A stretch of 64,000 nucleotides of DNA from an uncultured delta proteobacterium (GTDB lineage: Bacteria > Desulfobacterota > Binatia > UBA9968): the NCBI GenBank assembly GCA_963745835.1, contig CAVUZH010000013.1, forward strand, positions 672,001 through 736,000, written 5' to 3'. The translations under genes were made by a program, and so were the position numbers. Positions 1 through 9,857 of this stretch are shown here, piece by piece. The stretch's first letter is position 1, and each line of letters opens with the position of its first letter. The notes beneath the pieces are model-generated. The model saw only the letters and a list, made by a program, of their open reading frames with translations, did no database searches and was not told the origin of the DNA.

Positions 1-49
1 TTTCGTCCTATTTAGTCCCTCACACCGCGCTGCACACTACTCGACCGCG

Positions 50-538
50 CTAATCAATGCTGACCCTTCGCCCAAAGAAAGTATCAGAAGCGATGGCCGG
101 AGTATTCGAATCCAAGGGATCGTCATTGGGATTGAAAGCGCGCAACTCGAAGCTCCCTTCCATTTCGTCACACCTTTCAGCGAACCTCATGACGATATCG
201 AGTCTGGAGATCTGCGACGGTGGAACACCACCGTTCACGGGAGTCTCTCTAAAGTTGAAGTCCAGGCCCCTCGCCTTCGCGTCCCGAGCGCCGCTTTTCT
301 TCCACACACCTTGTATGTGGCTGAAGCCAAACGCCCTTTCTGCGGAGCTCGTAATCTGAAACCCACCGTCTTGTGACAGCGTCCAGAGGCTTTGAGTGCC
401 ACTGCCTTCAACGACGAGATAAGTGCCGGGGAAACAGCCGCCCTGTGCTCCCGTATCGCGCGAGCTAGCGCTGGTCGAACTCAATAAGAAAGTCGCGATC
501 GATAATACAAAGGCCAATATTATAAATCGGTATTTCAT
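50..538 (-). CDS. Secreted hypothetical protein (paralog of 7965..8444)
   Basis: N-terminal signal peptide; GGCFPGTY...SGTQSLW...HIQGVWKK...SDTFFGRR aligns by eye with the 7965..8444 product. Confidence 0.8.
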   Translation of the reverse strand: MKYRFIILAFVLSIATFLLSSTSASSRDTGAQGGCFPGTYLVVEGSGTQSLWTLSQDGGFQITSSAERAFGFSHIQGVWKKSGARDAKARGLDFNFRETPVNGGVPPSQISRLDIVMRFAERCDEMEGSFELRAFNPNDDPLDSNTPAIASDTFFGRRVSID

Positions 539-625
539 GGTTCACTCCTTGCCGCGGTTATTCGTGCAGACTTCTCGGAACACGCGCTTCTAGCACAGGA
601 TGCGCCCTCAAACAAATCCCGGACC

Positions 626-853
626 GTGTTCGACCAATCTCGACAATCAAAATCGGTGGAAGTGCGGATAGACGATCGCGGGCCGTTTACCAAAGCCCGG
701 ATCATCGATCTCTCGCGGGCCGCGGCAAGCGCTCTGGGTATGTTGGAATCGGGAGTTAGCCCGGTGCGAATGGAATTGCTTTCGCCTGGCGAAATCTCAA
801 GTGATCTGGTGTTGCAAAATAGCCAAGCACGTTCGGCAACAGACAGTGAGTAG
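626..853 (+). pseudogene. rlpA: RlpA-family (DPBB) lytic transglycosylase, C-terminal fragment
   Basis: KSVEVRIDDRGPFTKARIIDLSRAAASALGM matches the RlpA V.VRINDRGPF...RIIDLS..AA motif; N-terminal half absent. Confidence 0.75.
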
Positions 854-1012
854 ATCTGATATTTACAGACCTTCCGATCGTTCAGGCATAGCCAAGTCCA
901 AGTCATCTAAACCAGAGCCCCCGTAACCGCGTAGGTTTTTTTCTTCCGTTCACTGCTTCATTCGACACCGCAGAAATACCGGCATAATTTGGGAAAGCGA
1001 TCGGACAGCCGG
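707..1012 (+). repeat. ~300-bp dispersed repeat, copy A (rlpA 3' end plus downstream DNA)
   Basis: Colinear with 12442..12731, e.g. shared agcccggtgcgaatggaattgctttcg and gggaaagcgatcggac; 3' part recurs at 15225..15295. Confidence 0.8.
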
Positions 1013-1136
1013 CGGGCTAGCCCAACCTGACCCGTGTGGTTCGGGTATGCGCGGTTATGGATTTGACATCACCTAACGGCGATCAAGTGCGCCAGGGAAG
1101 AATGCCCGACCGTTGTTTCACTGATGCCGAAGTAAT

Positions 1137-1607
1137 TTAGAAAAGCCCACCGGTACGAATAGCAACTCCGGCCACGAGAAAACCGATAGAGATCAACGTG
1201 ACCAGGACGATATGGGATGCAAGCACATGCATGTTATCGCGGTTGATCCTGGGAATCACGCGAAATTTCGCGTTCAATGCCAAACCAAGGGTCGTCATCA
1301 AAAGCACTAATTTTATGAAAATGTAGATTGAGGCATTAGAATCAAGCCTAAACCAGGCGCTGCTCTCCGGCAGCCAACGATAAGCGAGTAAAAGTCCGGT
1401 AACCACTTGAAGACCGAGCGACGGTAGACCGATCCATTCAAATCCTTTCTCAAAATCGAGGATGATAGCCGGCTCGCGATGACGTAGTGCTCGGGGAAGA
1501 ATGGTCGCGGCCAGGACGAGGTGCCCACCGATCCAAACCGAGGCACCAATGAGATGGAGCGCGATTAGAATCCGGTACAAAATAGGCGATGCGTGGAAGT
1601 CAAACAT
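1137..1607 (-). CDS. CopD-family membrane protein
   Basis: LHLIGASVWIGG...VVTGLLLA...IKLVL motif pattern; four hydrophobic helices. Confidence 0.75.
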   Translation of the reverse strand: MFDFHASPILYRILIALHLIGASVWIGGHLVLAATILPRALRHREPAIILDFEKGFEWIGLPSLGLQVVTGLLLAYRWLPESSAWFRLDSNASIYIFIKLVLLMTTLGLALNAKFRVIPRINRDNMHVLASHIVLVTLISIGFLVAGVAIRTGGLF

Positions 1608-2006
1608 TGTGAAAGATGCTCAATGAAGTGCCGACGTTATCGAATCTAAGTCATGGCTGCAATAATTTAGTTGTCCCTTCCGATTCCTTCCTGCGCTACG
1701 ATCGCGCCCTGCGTTACCGATCGACGAAATCCGTCAGTGCGCTTACCTGCCATTCACGACCACAACGCGATTGGGGCTTGACCGCTGGCTGCTGCTGGGG
1801 CACGCCGTGGAAAAGCGGCCGCCTGTTTCGTAGCCTTCGGACCGCGGAAACAACTTGAGCGGCATTGATTCAAAGGACTAGAGAGGCTAAAACTTGGTTG
1901 GCATAATCAGTTCTCCTACAGAATGCTGTGACCAGATAGGCGACTAAGCGTCAGACTTAATTTCTATTTGCTATCAGCGACTTCATAGACAGAAAGAAGA
2001 AGCAAA

Positions 2007-2264
2007 ATGGATTTCGAAAAAGCAAAGCTGAATCCCGCAGCCATTTTTAAGAGCCCTCAAGAAGTGGTTTCAAGTCAAGAATTGTCGCGCCAGCAAAAAA
2101 TTGAAATCCTCCGGCGATGGGAACAGGACGCGACGTTGATGGAAGTCGCGGAGGAAGAAGGCATGCCCGGCCCGCAACCCAAACTGCTACAGCCGATCCG
2201 CGACGCTCTGCACGCCCTCGATTATTGGCCGGATACTGAGAACTCGGGCCCCAGCAAAGCCTGA
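2007..2264 (+). CDS. Small hypothetical protein (85 aa)
   Basis: ATG after a purine-rich leader; protein-like P..IF.SPQEVV...LS..QKIEILRRWE.DA...EEGM pattern. Confidence 0.7.
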   Translation: MDFEKAKLNPAAIFKSPQEVVSSQELSRQQKIEILRRWEQDATLMEVAEEEGMPGPQPKLLQPIRDALHALDYWPDTENSGPSKA

Positions 2265-2396
2265 GAAGCGAACCCCAAGAAAGTCGCGATGCTCAAAGCA
2301 ACTCCGTTCAACCTTACCCTCAATGCTCCCCTCAATGTCTCATTCAGGCGCGTCTGTTAAGTCAGGGTTAACCCAAATCCGCAGTTTTACTTCCGC

Positions 2397-2425
2397 TTGA
2401 CACGGTGAGCCGCCGTGCTTACCTT
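2397..2425 (+). promoter_or_regulatory. Sigma70-type promoter of the Hsp20 gene
   Basis: TTGACA (2397-2402), 17 bp spacer, TACCTT (2420-2425); AAGGAG SD downstream. Confidence 0.55.
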
Positions 2426-2465
2426 CCCGTTAGCTTAAAGAAGAGGTTAAAAAGGAGTGCTAATT

Positions 2466-2912
2466 ATGGAACTAGTAAGATGGGAGCAGGTTGAGGGTGT
2501 AAACAGAATTCAGTCGCGAATCAACGAGCTATTCGAAGACGCATTGGGTCGCACACGGGCGCAACAGAGCGCTGCCGCTGGAGTCTGGTATCCTCCCGTG
2601 GACATTCTTGAAAGTAAGGATTCGTATCTCATTCGCGCCGAGCTGCCCGGGATGAGAAACGAGGATCTCAAAACGGAAGTAAACGATGGGATATTGACAC
2701 TCAGTGGCGAGAGAAAGCTTGAAGAGCCGGCCACTGGGGTCGAGTACCACCGGGTTGAGCGGGTTACAGGTAAATTTTCTCGATCCTTCTACGTGCCGCA
2801 AACCGTGAAACACGATGGCATCAAAGCGACCTATCGAGACGGAATACTCGAAGTACAAGTTCCCAAAGCCGATGAGGCCAAGCCAAGAAAGATCGCTATA
2901 AGCCTGAACTGA
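2466..2912 (+). CDS. Hsp20/alpha-crystallin small heat shock protein
   Basis: WYPPVDILE...AELPG...L.LSGER...ERVTGKFSRSF...ATYRDGILEV motifs; ATG at 2466 after AAGGAG. Confidence 0.95.
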   Translation: MELVRWEQVEGVNRIQSRINELFEDALGRTRAQQSAAAGVWYPPVDILESKDSYLIRAELPGMRNEDLKTEVNDGILTLSGERKLEEPATGVEYHRVERVTGKFSRSFYVPQTVKHDGIKATYRDGILEVQVPKADEAKPRKIAISLN

Positions 2913-2938
2913 TTCCGCAGAACCGTCAAACAGAAACT

Positions 2939-2973
2939 CAGGGGGAAAGCCAAGCGCTTCCTCCCTGTTTTCT
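2939..2973 (+). terminator. Rho-independent terminator of Hsp20 gene
   Basis: cagggggaaagc/gcttcctccctg stem followed by tttt. Confidence 0.65.
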
Positions 2974-3035
2974 CGCTAGCATCCCGTATACCTCAACGTA
3001 GCCCCTGCATGATCTTGACAACCTTGCAGGTTCGA

Positions 3036-3251
3036 TCAGCAAGTGGACGTTGATTGCTCATCAGCACTTAGCAATAAACCTAAGCCGTGGCGCTGCCGGT
3101 ACTCCTCCAGTTCCTTCCAAATAGAATTCCCCGTCGCGTCGCTGCGGAAGATTACCTGCGCTGATTGCCTCGGCATAACCTGGTAAAACGCTCCCGCATA
3201 TTCAACCCTCGGCCATTGCGTCCCTATTTGAGAGGTTACCTCAATAAGCAA
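3036..3251 (-). pseudogene. RAYT/Y1 transposase N-terminal remnant
   Basis: PRVEYAGAFYQVM.R...IFRSD resembles the RAYT N-terminus (R....GA.YHV..RG....IF..D). Confidence 0.55.
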
Positions 3252-3338
3252 TACGAAAGCCTGACACCAAAATCCTTAGCCGGTTTTCTTCGACGGCCGT
3301 CGGGCATACAACTAGTAACAAAAGATTGACCCCTTTGG

Positions 3339-3969
3339 TTGGTTTCTGGCCGCAGTGGCCAAGAATACAATCAGCGCAAAGGATGCCACGGCGCATTCTG
3401 GGAAGACCGCTATCATGCCACGGCCATCGAGATTAACGAGCACCTTCAACGTTGTCTTGCTTACATCGATTTGAACATGGTTCGCGCCCGAGTCGTTACG
3501 CACCCCTGTAATTGGACACACAGCGGTTATCGAGAGATTCAGAAACCCCCGAAGCGGTACGGAATTATCGATCTACGGGAGTTAAGTTCGTTATGTGGAT
3601 TTGCTGGCGTCACCGATTTTCAACAAGCCCCCTGCAGAAGCGGTTGTCGCGGCATTCGCATTCGAGACTTACCGAATTCGGTTCTTGGAACGATTGGAAA
3701 TGAGCGTAGCGATTGAACGGCTGGAACGGTTTGAACCAACCGTTTTTGGTCCGAAGCGATCGCGGTCGGCAATTTGAATTTTGTTGAGAAGGTGCAGAAC
3801 CAAACTCGGATACAAAGCGGCGCATCGCGAAGTCATTGAAAGTGGCGGTACATATGAGCTCCCGGAGCAGACTGAAAGTTATGGGTCCAATTTTAGCGGT
3901 CAAAATGAGGCGCTAAGATCGGAAAACACTAGATTGTGGAACGAAAATTCTGAACTTACTGCAACTTAG
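3339..3969 (+). pseudogene. RAYT/Y1 transposase C-terminal remnant (different subfamily), interrupted
   Basis: YNQRKG.HGAFWEDRYHATAIE...YIDLNMVRA..V.HP..W..SGY; continues at 3781..3969 after an insertion containing a 9-bp periodic repeat. Confidence 0.75.
3683..3740 (+). repeat. 9-bp periodic (TGGAACGNT-type) short repeat
   Basis: ttggaacgattggaa...ttgaacggctggaacggtttgaac; same family at 58823..58908 and reversed at ~35505..35536. Confidence 0.6.
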
Positions 3970-4017
3970 CTTGGTCCTACCCCGAAGTTCTGACCCCGTA
4001 AATGAGTGTACTGACAC

Positions 4018-7000
4018 TCAGCTTTCAGCGGAAGCATTCCCATTCTTGGTCTGTGGCATCATCGAGCCGCCAGTTCGCACAGTTAACAGAGCTTCGAGTT
4101 TCTCAAAGTCCACCGGCTTTAGGAGATGCGCATCAAAACCGGCTTCGCGCGCACGCTCTTCATCCCGGGCGTAGCCGCTGATCGCGATCAATAGACATTT
4201 GTCCAGTCTCGGGTTTTGACGTATTGCCCTTGCAACACTATAACCGTCGAGTACGGGCAGTCCGATATCACAAAGCACGACATCAGGCCGAAACCGCTGT
4301 GCCGCGTTGATTCCCGCCGCTCCGTCATGCGCCGTTTCTAGAGTGTGGCCAAGGTTTTCCAGAACCATACGCATGCTATACGCACCGGCTAGATTGTCCT
4401 CGATCACAAGAATCCGGCGTCGAACCGGCTCGGGCGTATTGACGCGTACCACCGCAGTCGACGGAGCGTGGTTCTCGTCAAGCGGAAGCCGAATCGTAAA
4501 CTCCGAGCCCTGTCCCCGGCCCGCGCTTGCTGCCGCCACTTCACCGCCATGGAGCTCCACAATCCCTTTAACCAGCGCTAGGCCGAGTCCTAATCCACCG
4601 CGGCTCCGATCCACACTCTCGTCAACCTGTCTGAAAGGCTCAAATACCCAACCGAGCACTTCCGGGTCCATTCCCATCCCGTTGTCCCGCACTTTTATAA
4701 TAGCGTGGGTCTGGTTTTCAGCGTCCAAACTGACCCAGACCGTCCCACCCGGCTCTGTGAATTTACAGGCGTTCTGCAACAGATTGTTAAGCGCTTGTGC
4801 AAGGCGGGTAGAATCCGCTGCCGTTCGTAGCGGCTCATCAGCTAGAGTGAGTTCAACTCTTAAGTCATTCTCTCTCAATTCGCGAACGTAATCCTCGGCG
4901 GTTTTCTGTACGATATCGCGCAAATCGCATGGGCCCTTGACCAACTGAATCTTTCCGCGCGACAAGCGTGAGACATCTAGCAGATCATCGAGCAGACGGG
5001 AGGTGTGAGTCACTTGTCGTGCGATCATCTCTCGCAACTCGATAACTTTCGGATCTGGCGGACCAAGCTTACGCAACAGCTGGACGCCGCTGCTGATGAT
5101 CCCCAAAGGATTCCGCAACTCGTGTCCCAACATCGCCAGAAATTCGTCCTTGCGTCGGTCGGCCTCTATCAAAGCTGCTTCGGCAGCCTTTTGAACTGTC
5201 ACGTCCCTGCCGTATAAATTCGCGTATTGACGGTCGAGGATAGGAACCACGAGGAACGAGAACAGCCGTTCGCCAAAGTACATTTCCAGTTCGCGTCGGT
5301 GCCCATCGCGTAGCGCCTGAGAGACTGCTTCCGCAAGGGCCGTAGGTAGTTGCTCACGATTGGCGCTCGGGAGTTCTGCCAATGCCTTTTCGGCGGCAGG
5401 GTTAAAGTACATCACCACTCCCTCAGGGTTCGCACGCAGGACCGGCGCCGGGTCTTCCAAAGGGAACCGCGCTAAGTGGTCCAATGCCTCTTCCGCGCGC
5501 TTTCGCTTGTCTATGTCGGTTATAACCGCCACCCATCCGTTCACTGCTCGATCTGCCGCATACGTCGGAGAGTAACTGGCGTGTATCCAGCGGCGGCCTA
5601 ATCTCATTTGCCATTCAGTCTCAAACTCGATTAGCTGACCGGACAACACAGCACGAATACGAGGCTCGATCAGCGCATAGAGTTCGGGATCCAAAATTTC
5701 TTTTACCGAGTGGCCGACGATCTCGGATGGAGACTTTCCGAGCCATTCGCAAAGGCGCTTGCCGACCCAGAGATGTTTCTGGTTCTTGTCAAGGCGCGCA
5801 ACCCCCACCGTCATAGTGTCCGTAACTATTCTGAGCTCCGCGTTACGCTGGGTCAGATTGTCCCGTACCTCCTGGAGGCTTATTTCGAATCGATCCCGCT
5901 CCGCGTCGGCTTTGTCGCGCTCCGCCTTAGTCGTTTGAAGCAGAGCGGACGCTTCCGCCATGGCACTGGTAATGAGATTGACCTCTGTCACAGGCGCTGG
6001 GGCGACAATCTCGACTGGTTTCCCCTTGCCTATCGTATGTGCAAGATCGATAAGATAAGTTGTGCAGTGGCGCACGAGCCGTCCATAGAAGGTGATCAAG
6101 AAAAGACCCGTTGCGCCAGCTACCACTCCAATGAGTGATATAAACCAGACGGAGTTTAGGAGAGTTCTGGACATCTCACTCTGGGGCACGATTATTCCGA
6201 CGTAGAAACCTGAAATGGGCGCTTTGACGAACGCGCCGTAAGAGTCGACACCGCCCCGGTTTGGACCGGATATCCAGGCTGCATCAGCCTTATCGGGGAT
6301 TTGCGAGATCAGAGGACCTGGTTTGCGTCCGCGGTTGGCTTCACTGTTCGCTGTGCTGCTTGCAATTTGTACACGCTCTCGATCAAAAACCGCTGCATAC
6401 CAACCATCGTTTAACCGCTGTTCATGCAGAATCTGGTCTATGCGAACGGCATCGATCGTTGCCGTGAGGACATATTTCAACTCGCCTTCCCGAAGCACTG
6501 GAACGCGGACTCCAATTGTCGGCCCAGTGACCGGCCCAACGAAGTAATTCATCACTGTAGGTCGGAGAGTATTTATAACCTCATCGAAACTTGCAGGCTG
6601 GACGGTTTCAGGGCGTGGCGTGCCAAACGCGAAAGAAGAATGGAAAATGTCCTTGCCGGAGGCATCTCGCATGATCACTGTTCGCCATCCCGGCTGGCTC
6701 GGCAAAATGCTAATCACGTTCTGATGAAGATCCCTAAGATTTTCTTGATCGATCAATCTGGAGGTCGCGAGAGCTTCCAGTGTCCTGATGCTAGCCTGCA
6801 GCTCGCGATCAACCGCACCTGACAAGGCCCGCGCTGTATCCTCCAGGCCCGTTTTTGCGCTCCGAAACTCAGCGCGACCGACGTAAAAGACGGCCATGGC
6901 CGTCAGAATGATGAGGGGAATCGCTGTCCCAAAGAAAATTAATAGGAAGTGGGTACGAACGGAACGGACCCGCGACAACCTGAGCATTGAAACTCCCTGG

Positions 7001-7038
7001 GGGCGACAACCACTCGCCGCGCGGTCGAAAGAGAACAT
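4018..7038 (-). CDS. Hybrid sensor histidine kinase/response regulator (Cache-like sensor, PAS, HisKA, HATPase, REC)
   Basis: Two TM helices; PAS; H-box FLAMLGHELRNPL; N/G boxes NLLQNACKFT, DNGMGM, GLGLGL; REC LCDIGLP..DGY, KPVD; start may be 6987 (GGAG SD). Confidence 0.95.
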   Translation of the reverse strand: MFSFDRAASGCRPQGVSMLRLSRVRSVRTHFLLIFFGTAIPLIILTAMAVFYVGRAEFRSAKTGLEDTARALSGAVDRELQASIRTLEALATSRLIDQENLRDLHQNVISILPSQPGWRTVIMRDASGKDIFHSSFAFGTPRPETVQPASFDEVINTLRPTVMNYFVGPVTGPTIGVRVPVLREGELKYVLTATIDAVRIDQILHEQRLNDGWYAAVFDRERVQIASSTANSEANRGRKPGPLISQIPDKADAAWISGPNRGGVDSYGAFVKAPISGFYVGIIVPQSEMSRTLLNSVWFISLIGVVAGATGLFLITFYGRLVRHCTTYLIDLAHTIGKGKPVEIVAPAPVTEVNLITSAMAEASALLQTTKAERDKADAERDRFEISLQEVRDNLTQRNAELRIVTDTMTVGVARLDKNQKHLWVGKRLCEWLGKSPSEIVGHSVKEILDPELYALIEPRIRAVLSGQLIEFETEWQMRLGRRWIHASYSPTYAADRAVNGWVAVITDIDKRKRAEEALDHLARFPLEDPAPVLRANPEGVVMYFNPAAEKALAELPSANREQLPTALAEAVSQALRDGHRRELEMYFGERLFSFLVVPILDRQYANLYGRDVTVQKAAEAALIEADRRKDEFLAMLGHELRNPLGIISSGVQLLRKLGPPDPKVIELREMIARQVTHTSRLLDDLLDVSRLSRGKIQLVKGPCDLRDIVQKTAEDYVRELRENDLRVELTLADEPLRTAADSTRLAQALNNLLQNACKFTEPGGTVWVSLDAENQTHAIIKVRDNGMGMDPEVLGWVFEPFRQVDESVDRSRGGLGLGLALVKGIVELHGGEVAAASAGRGQGSEFTIRLPLDENHAPSTAVVRVNTPEPVRRRILVIEDNLAGAYSMRMVLENLGHTLETAHDGAAGINAAQRFRPDVVLCDIGLPVLDGYSVARAIRQNPRLDKCLLIAISGYARDEERAREAGFDAHLLKPVDFEKLEALLTVRTGGSMMPQTKNGNASAES

Positions 7039-7556
7039 CGCACCTGCGATCTTTAGAAGTGTTAAAGAAAAATCCAGCGTAGTGGAATGATTTTCGGCTC
7101 CTGTTAGCTATCGCGCCCCGCCCCCGGGTTGTCAAGCACAATCTGAGACGGTGAAGAGTACCGGGTCTTTGTGGTCGAATATTGCCGCCATCTTCCCCCG
7201 TTCGGAAGCTACGCGGCAACGCCTCTGAATGCTATCGCGTCATAGAAGAATGACAATGATGACTACCTCGTGATGGTTTGGATCAGCATGGGCTTCGCGC
7301 TCTCTCTACTTCCGTAAACGCCGCTTATCCGCACGACAGCGGCCTGGATGGCTATGGCTGCCATAACAACACCAAAAGCAGGCGGCTATCAATGTCACCG
7401 TGGACCCTTAGCTGGTGAGGTCTTTGCCAGCAAGCGGAGATGCTTGAGCGGCTCAAGAGAATCAGCAGTACGGTAGAGGCCGCACCTGATAAGCGGCGTC
7501 GATAGGCGGACCACATTTCTGCTTGACGCCTTCTGCTGACTGAATATGGGCGGTTG

Positions 7557-7738
7557 ATGCCGAAATACATCAGTCTACTCCGCTGGCTTCTGCTAACCTT
7601 AGCTGCGAGCCTATTCACCACCTCACCCCCTACCCGTGGGGCAGCAAAGGACATGAAATTATCGCCGCTATCGCAGAGACTCACCTGACCGACACCGCAC
7701 GCAAACGCATCAAAGAACTACTTCGTAATCACAGATGA
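7557..7738 (+). pseudogene. S1/P1 nuclease N-terminal remnant
   Basis: Signal peptide MPKYISLLRWLLLTLAASLF, then after a one-base shift WGSKGHEIIAAIAETHLTDTARKRIKELL (S1/P1 WGxxGH motif), then stop; not in the ORF track. Confidence 0.7.
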
Positions 7739-7964
7739 TCGGGTCGCCCATTAGCAGGCAGGTCACCGAAACAACCGCGGGCGAATGTGGTATAGGCCGG
7801 GCCGTGATCACAATGCTTATCGGACGAGAAGTGCTTGACAGAATTTTTTGAAAAAAGGGATATTACAAGCGGCGACTAAACTCTTGACGTGTTTGCTCAA
7901 TTTTTTGATCTTACGACAACAAACAACTGTCCTATGGAGAAGGGCAACTATCATAGGAGGTTTT

Positions 7965-8444
7965 ATGACATCGCAGGTTCGTACGGCTTTGTTATCCTTT
8001 ATCCTAACACTGAGTGGCATCCTGACCGTGACCGCTTACGCCGACGCCGATGGCGGCTGCTTTCAGGGAACCTACTTTGTCAGAGAGAGCAGCGGCACGC
8101 AGAGCCTATGGACGTTTTCACAAGATGGTACTTATCAAAGCGCCAGCTCGGCGGAAGTGGGCCGGAGTTTTGGTCACATACAGGGCGCCTGGAAAAAGAC
8201 CGGGGCTCGAGAACTGCGCTCGACAGGTTTGGCTTTTACTTTTAGTGGCGGCAACGGCGACGTAGGCGTTCCGCCGCTTCGGACCGCTCGGGTTGATGCC
8301 GTTATGTCATTCACAAATAAATGTGAGGAGGTGGAAGGAACCTTTGAGGTTCGCTTCTTTGGCCCGGACGCCGATCCCGTCTCGGAGCCCGGCGAGTTCG
8401 TCTTTTCCGACACCTTTACCGGGCGCCGTGTCACGGTTAATTAG
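7965..8444 (+). CDS. Secreted hypothetical protein (paralog of 50..538)
   Basis: AGGAGG SD before ATG 7965; signal peptide; GGCFQGTY...SGTQSLW...HIQGAWKK. Confidence 0.8.
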   Translation: MTSQVRTALLSFILTLSGILTVTAYADADGGCFQGTYFVRESSGTQSLWTFSQDGTYQSASSAEVGRSFGHIQGAWKKTGARELRSTGLAFTFSGGNGDVGVPPLRTARVDAVMSFTNKCEEVEGTFEVRFFGPDADPVSEPGEFVFSDTFTGRRVTVN

Positions 8445-8503
8445 TTTCGCTGCAAGTGCTAAGTTCTACGGCTCGCCACTGCTGCTTCACAAAGGTGTTA
8501 GTG

Positions 8504-8989
8504 ATGCTCGCGAAGCTCCGATTCTCAACCATACAGACCGGTCTCGTACTCTTCTGGGCGATCTGGCTGACCCTCGTAACCCTCACGAACTTCGCTGATG
8601 CGATGAGGCAGCTGGACGTGCTCCCCAGTGATTTCAAGCTCGCCTCTTACAATTTTGATCTTGTGAAGAAGACGGTCGGCGCTCATGGGATACCGACGAG
8701 CGTCGCGGGCGTGCTTTTCGCCGGAGTTATTTTGTGGGAGTTGCTCGGCAGCATCCTGTTCTGGCGTGCATGGCGAGTTATGCGGCGTCACGGGAACGGC
8801 GCGGCTCCAGAAGTCGCGCAGGCGTTTGCAGTCAGTCTCGCTCTATGGGCTGCCTTTCTGATTGCCACGGAGGCGACGGTGAACTACGAGACCGCCGCGA
8901 CGCACAAGACAACCCTGATCGCGCAACTTGCAAGCCTCCTCGTGGTTCGCGCCAGCGCTTCGCCCACGAAGTCTGAACAAGCGGACTAG
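8504..8989 (+). CDS. Hypothetical integral membrane protein
   Basis: About four hydrophobic segments; co-oriented downstream of 7965..8444. Confidence 0.7.
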   Translation: MLAKLRFSTIQTGLVLFWAIWLTLVTLTNFADAMRQLDVLPSDFKLASYNFDLVKKTVGAHGIPTSVAGVLFAGVILWELLGSILFWRAWRVMRRHGNGAAPEVAQAFAVSLALWAAFLIATEATVNYETAATHKTTLIAQLASLLVVRASASPTKSEQAD

Positions 8990-9045
8990 CTGACTTCAGA
9001 GGAGCGTGTGACTTTCCGACTACGCCCTTCTCTGAGGGTCGTAAC

Positions 9046-9780
9046 AGGGGACAGGCTACTTTTTTTTCTACTTCCTCATCTCGCTTAGAGCGGGTCGCCC
9101 CCGTGGACGCATCGTACTCTCAAGTCCAAATAGACCTGCAATCGTCGTCTGCCAGTCTGGTTCTCCAAAAGGTCTTTGACGATTCACTGACTGACGAATA
9201 GAAGCCAATTGGCTCGCTGATAACGGTTCGTCCACATGCGCCAGCCAGTCTGTCTCGACTTCCACAGGACAGGGATCGGCCAGCTCGTTCCGACAGCAAC
9301 TTGACCAAGGCCAATCATCTATCGACGCTGCCAAGCCTGATCTGATCGATTCTGCAACACGTAGCGCAGGACCATTAGCAAATGTTCGTCGCGCTGCACT
9401 GGAAAACTTTTAAACCGGCCCTGCCAAACATGCCCGCTGCTGCCGTAGTGCTTGTGATAACGCCGTACGTGACTGGTCAAGAGCCATTGCATGAATCGGC
9501 TCAAAGACTGGTGATGCGAAGCTTCAATCAGAAAGTGAAAGTGATTCGGCATCAGAGAGAAAGCAAACATCTTAACTGGGTGCCGCGCTTTTGCTAGCGC
9601 GAGGATGGAAAGAAAGGCTTGGTAATCTTGAGCTTTATGAAAGATAGTTGCGCGACCGTTCCCTCGGTTGATCACATGATAAACAAAACCAGCCTGTTGC
9701 GCACGCGGGATTCTCGGCATGGCAGGGCTTTATCATATAGGCGAACGTGATCACAAACGATGAAAGTAGCCTGTCCCCTT
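9046..9780 (-). mobile_element. RAYT (Y1 HUH transposase) element copy 1 with terminal inverted repeats; ORF frameshifted (9068..9720)
   Basis: Ends AGGGGACAGGCTACTTT / AAAGTAGCCTGTCCCCTT; MPRIPR...YHVINRGN...MPNHFH (HUH)...WQGRFKS...RYVLQN. Confidence 0.9.
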
Positions 9781-9857
9781 TAATCCCAGTGGAAGTGATG
9801 GAACCGGGCGCGCGGCTTTGTTTTCCTTCGGACGGGCCATCGTGCATCTTAACGGGC

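Noticed and set aside
1020-1080. Integron attC-like site
   Set aside because: RYYYAAC-like words are present, but there is no matching GTTRRRY/L-box structure and no integrase
2430-2463. CIRCE operator before Hsp20
   Set aside because: Only the right half (GAGTGCTAA) matches; no TTAGCACTC at 9-bp spacing
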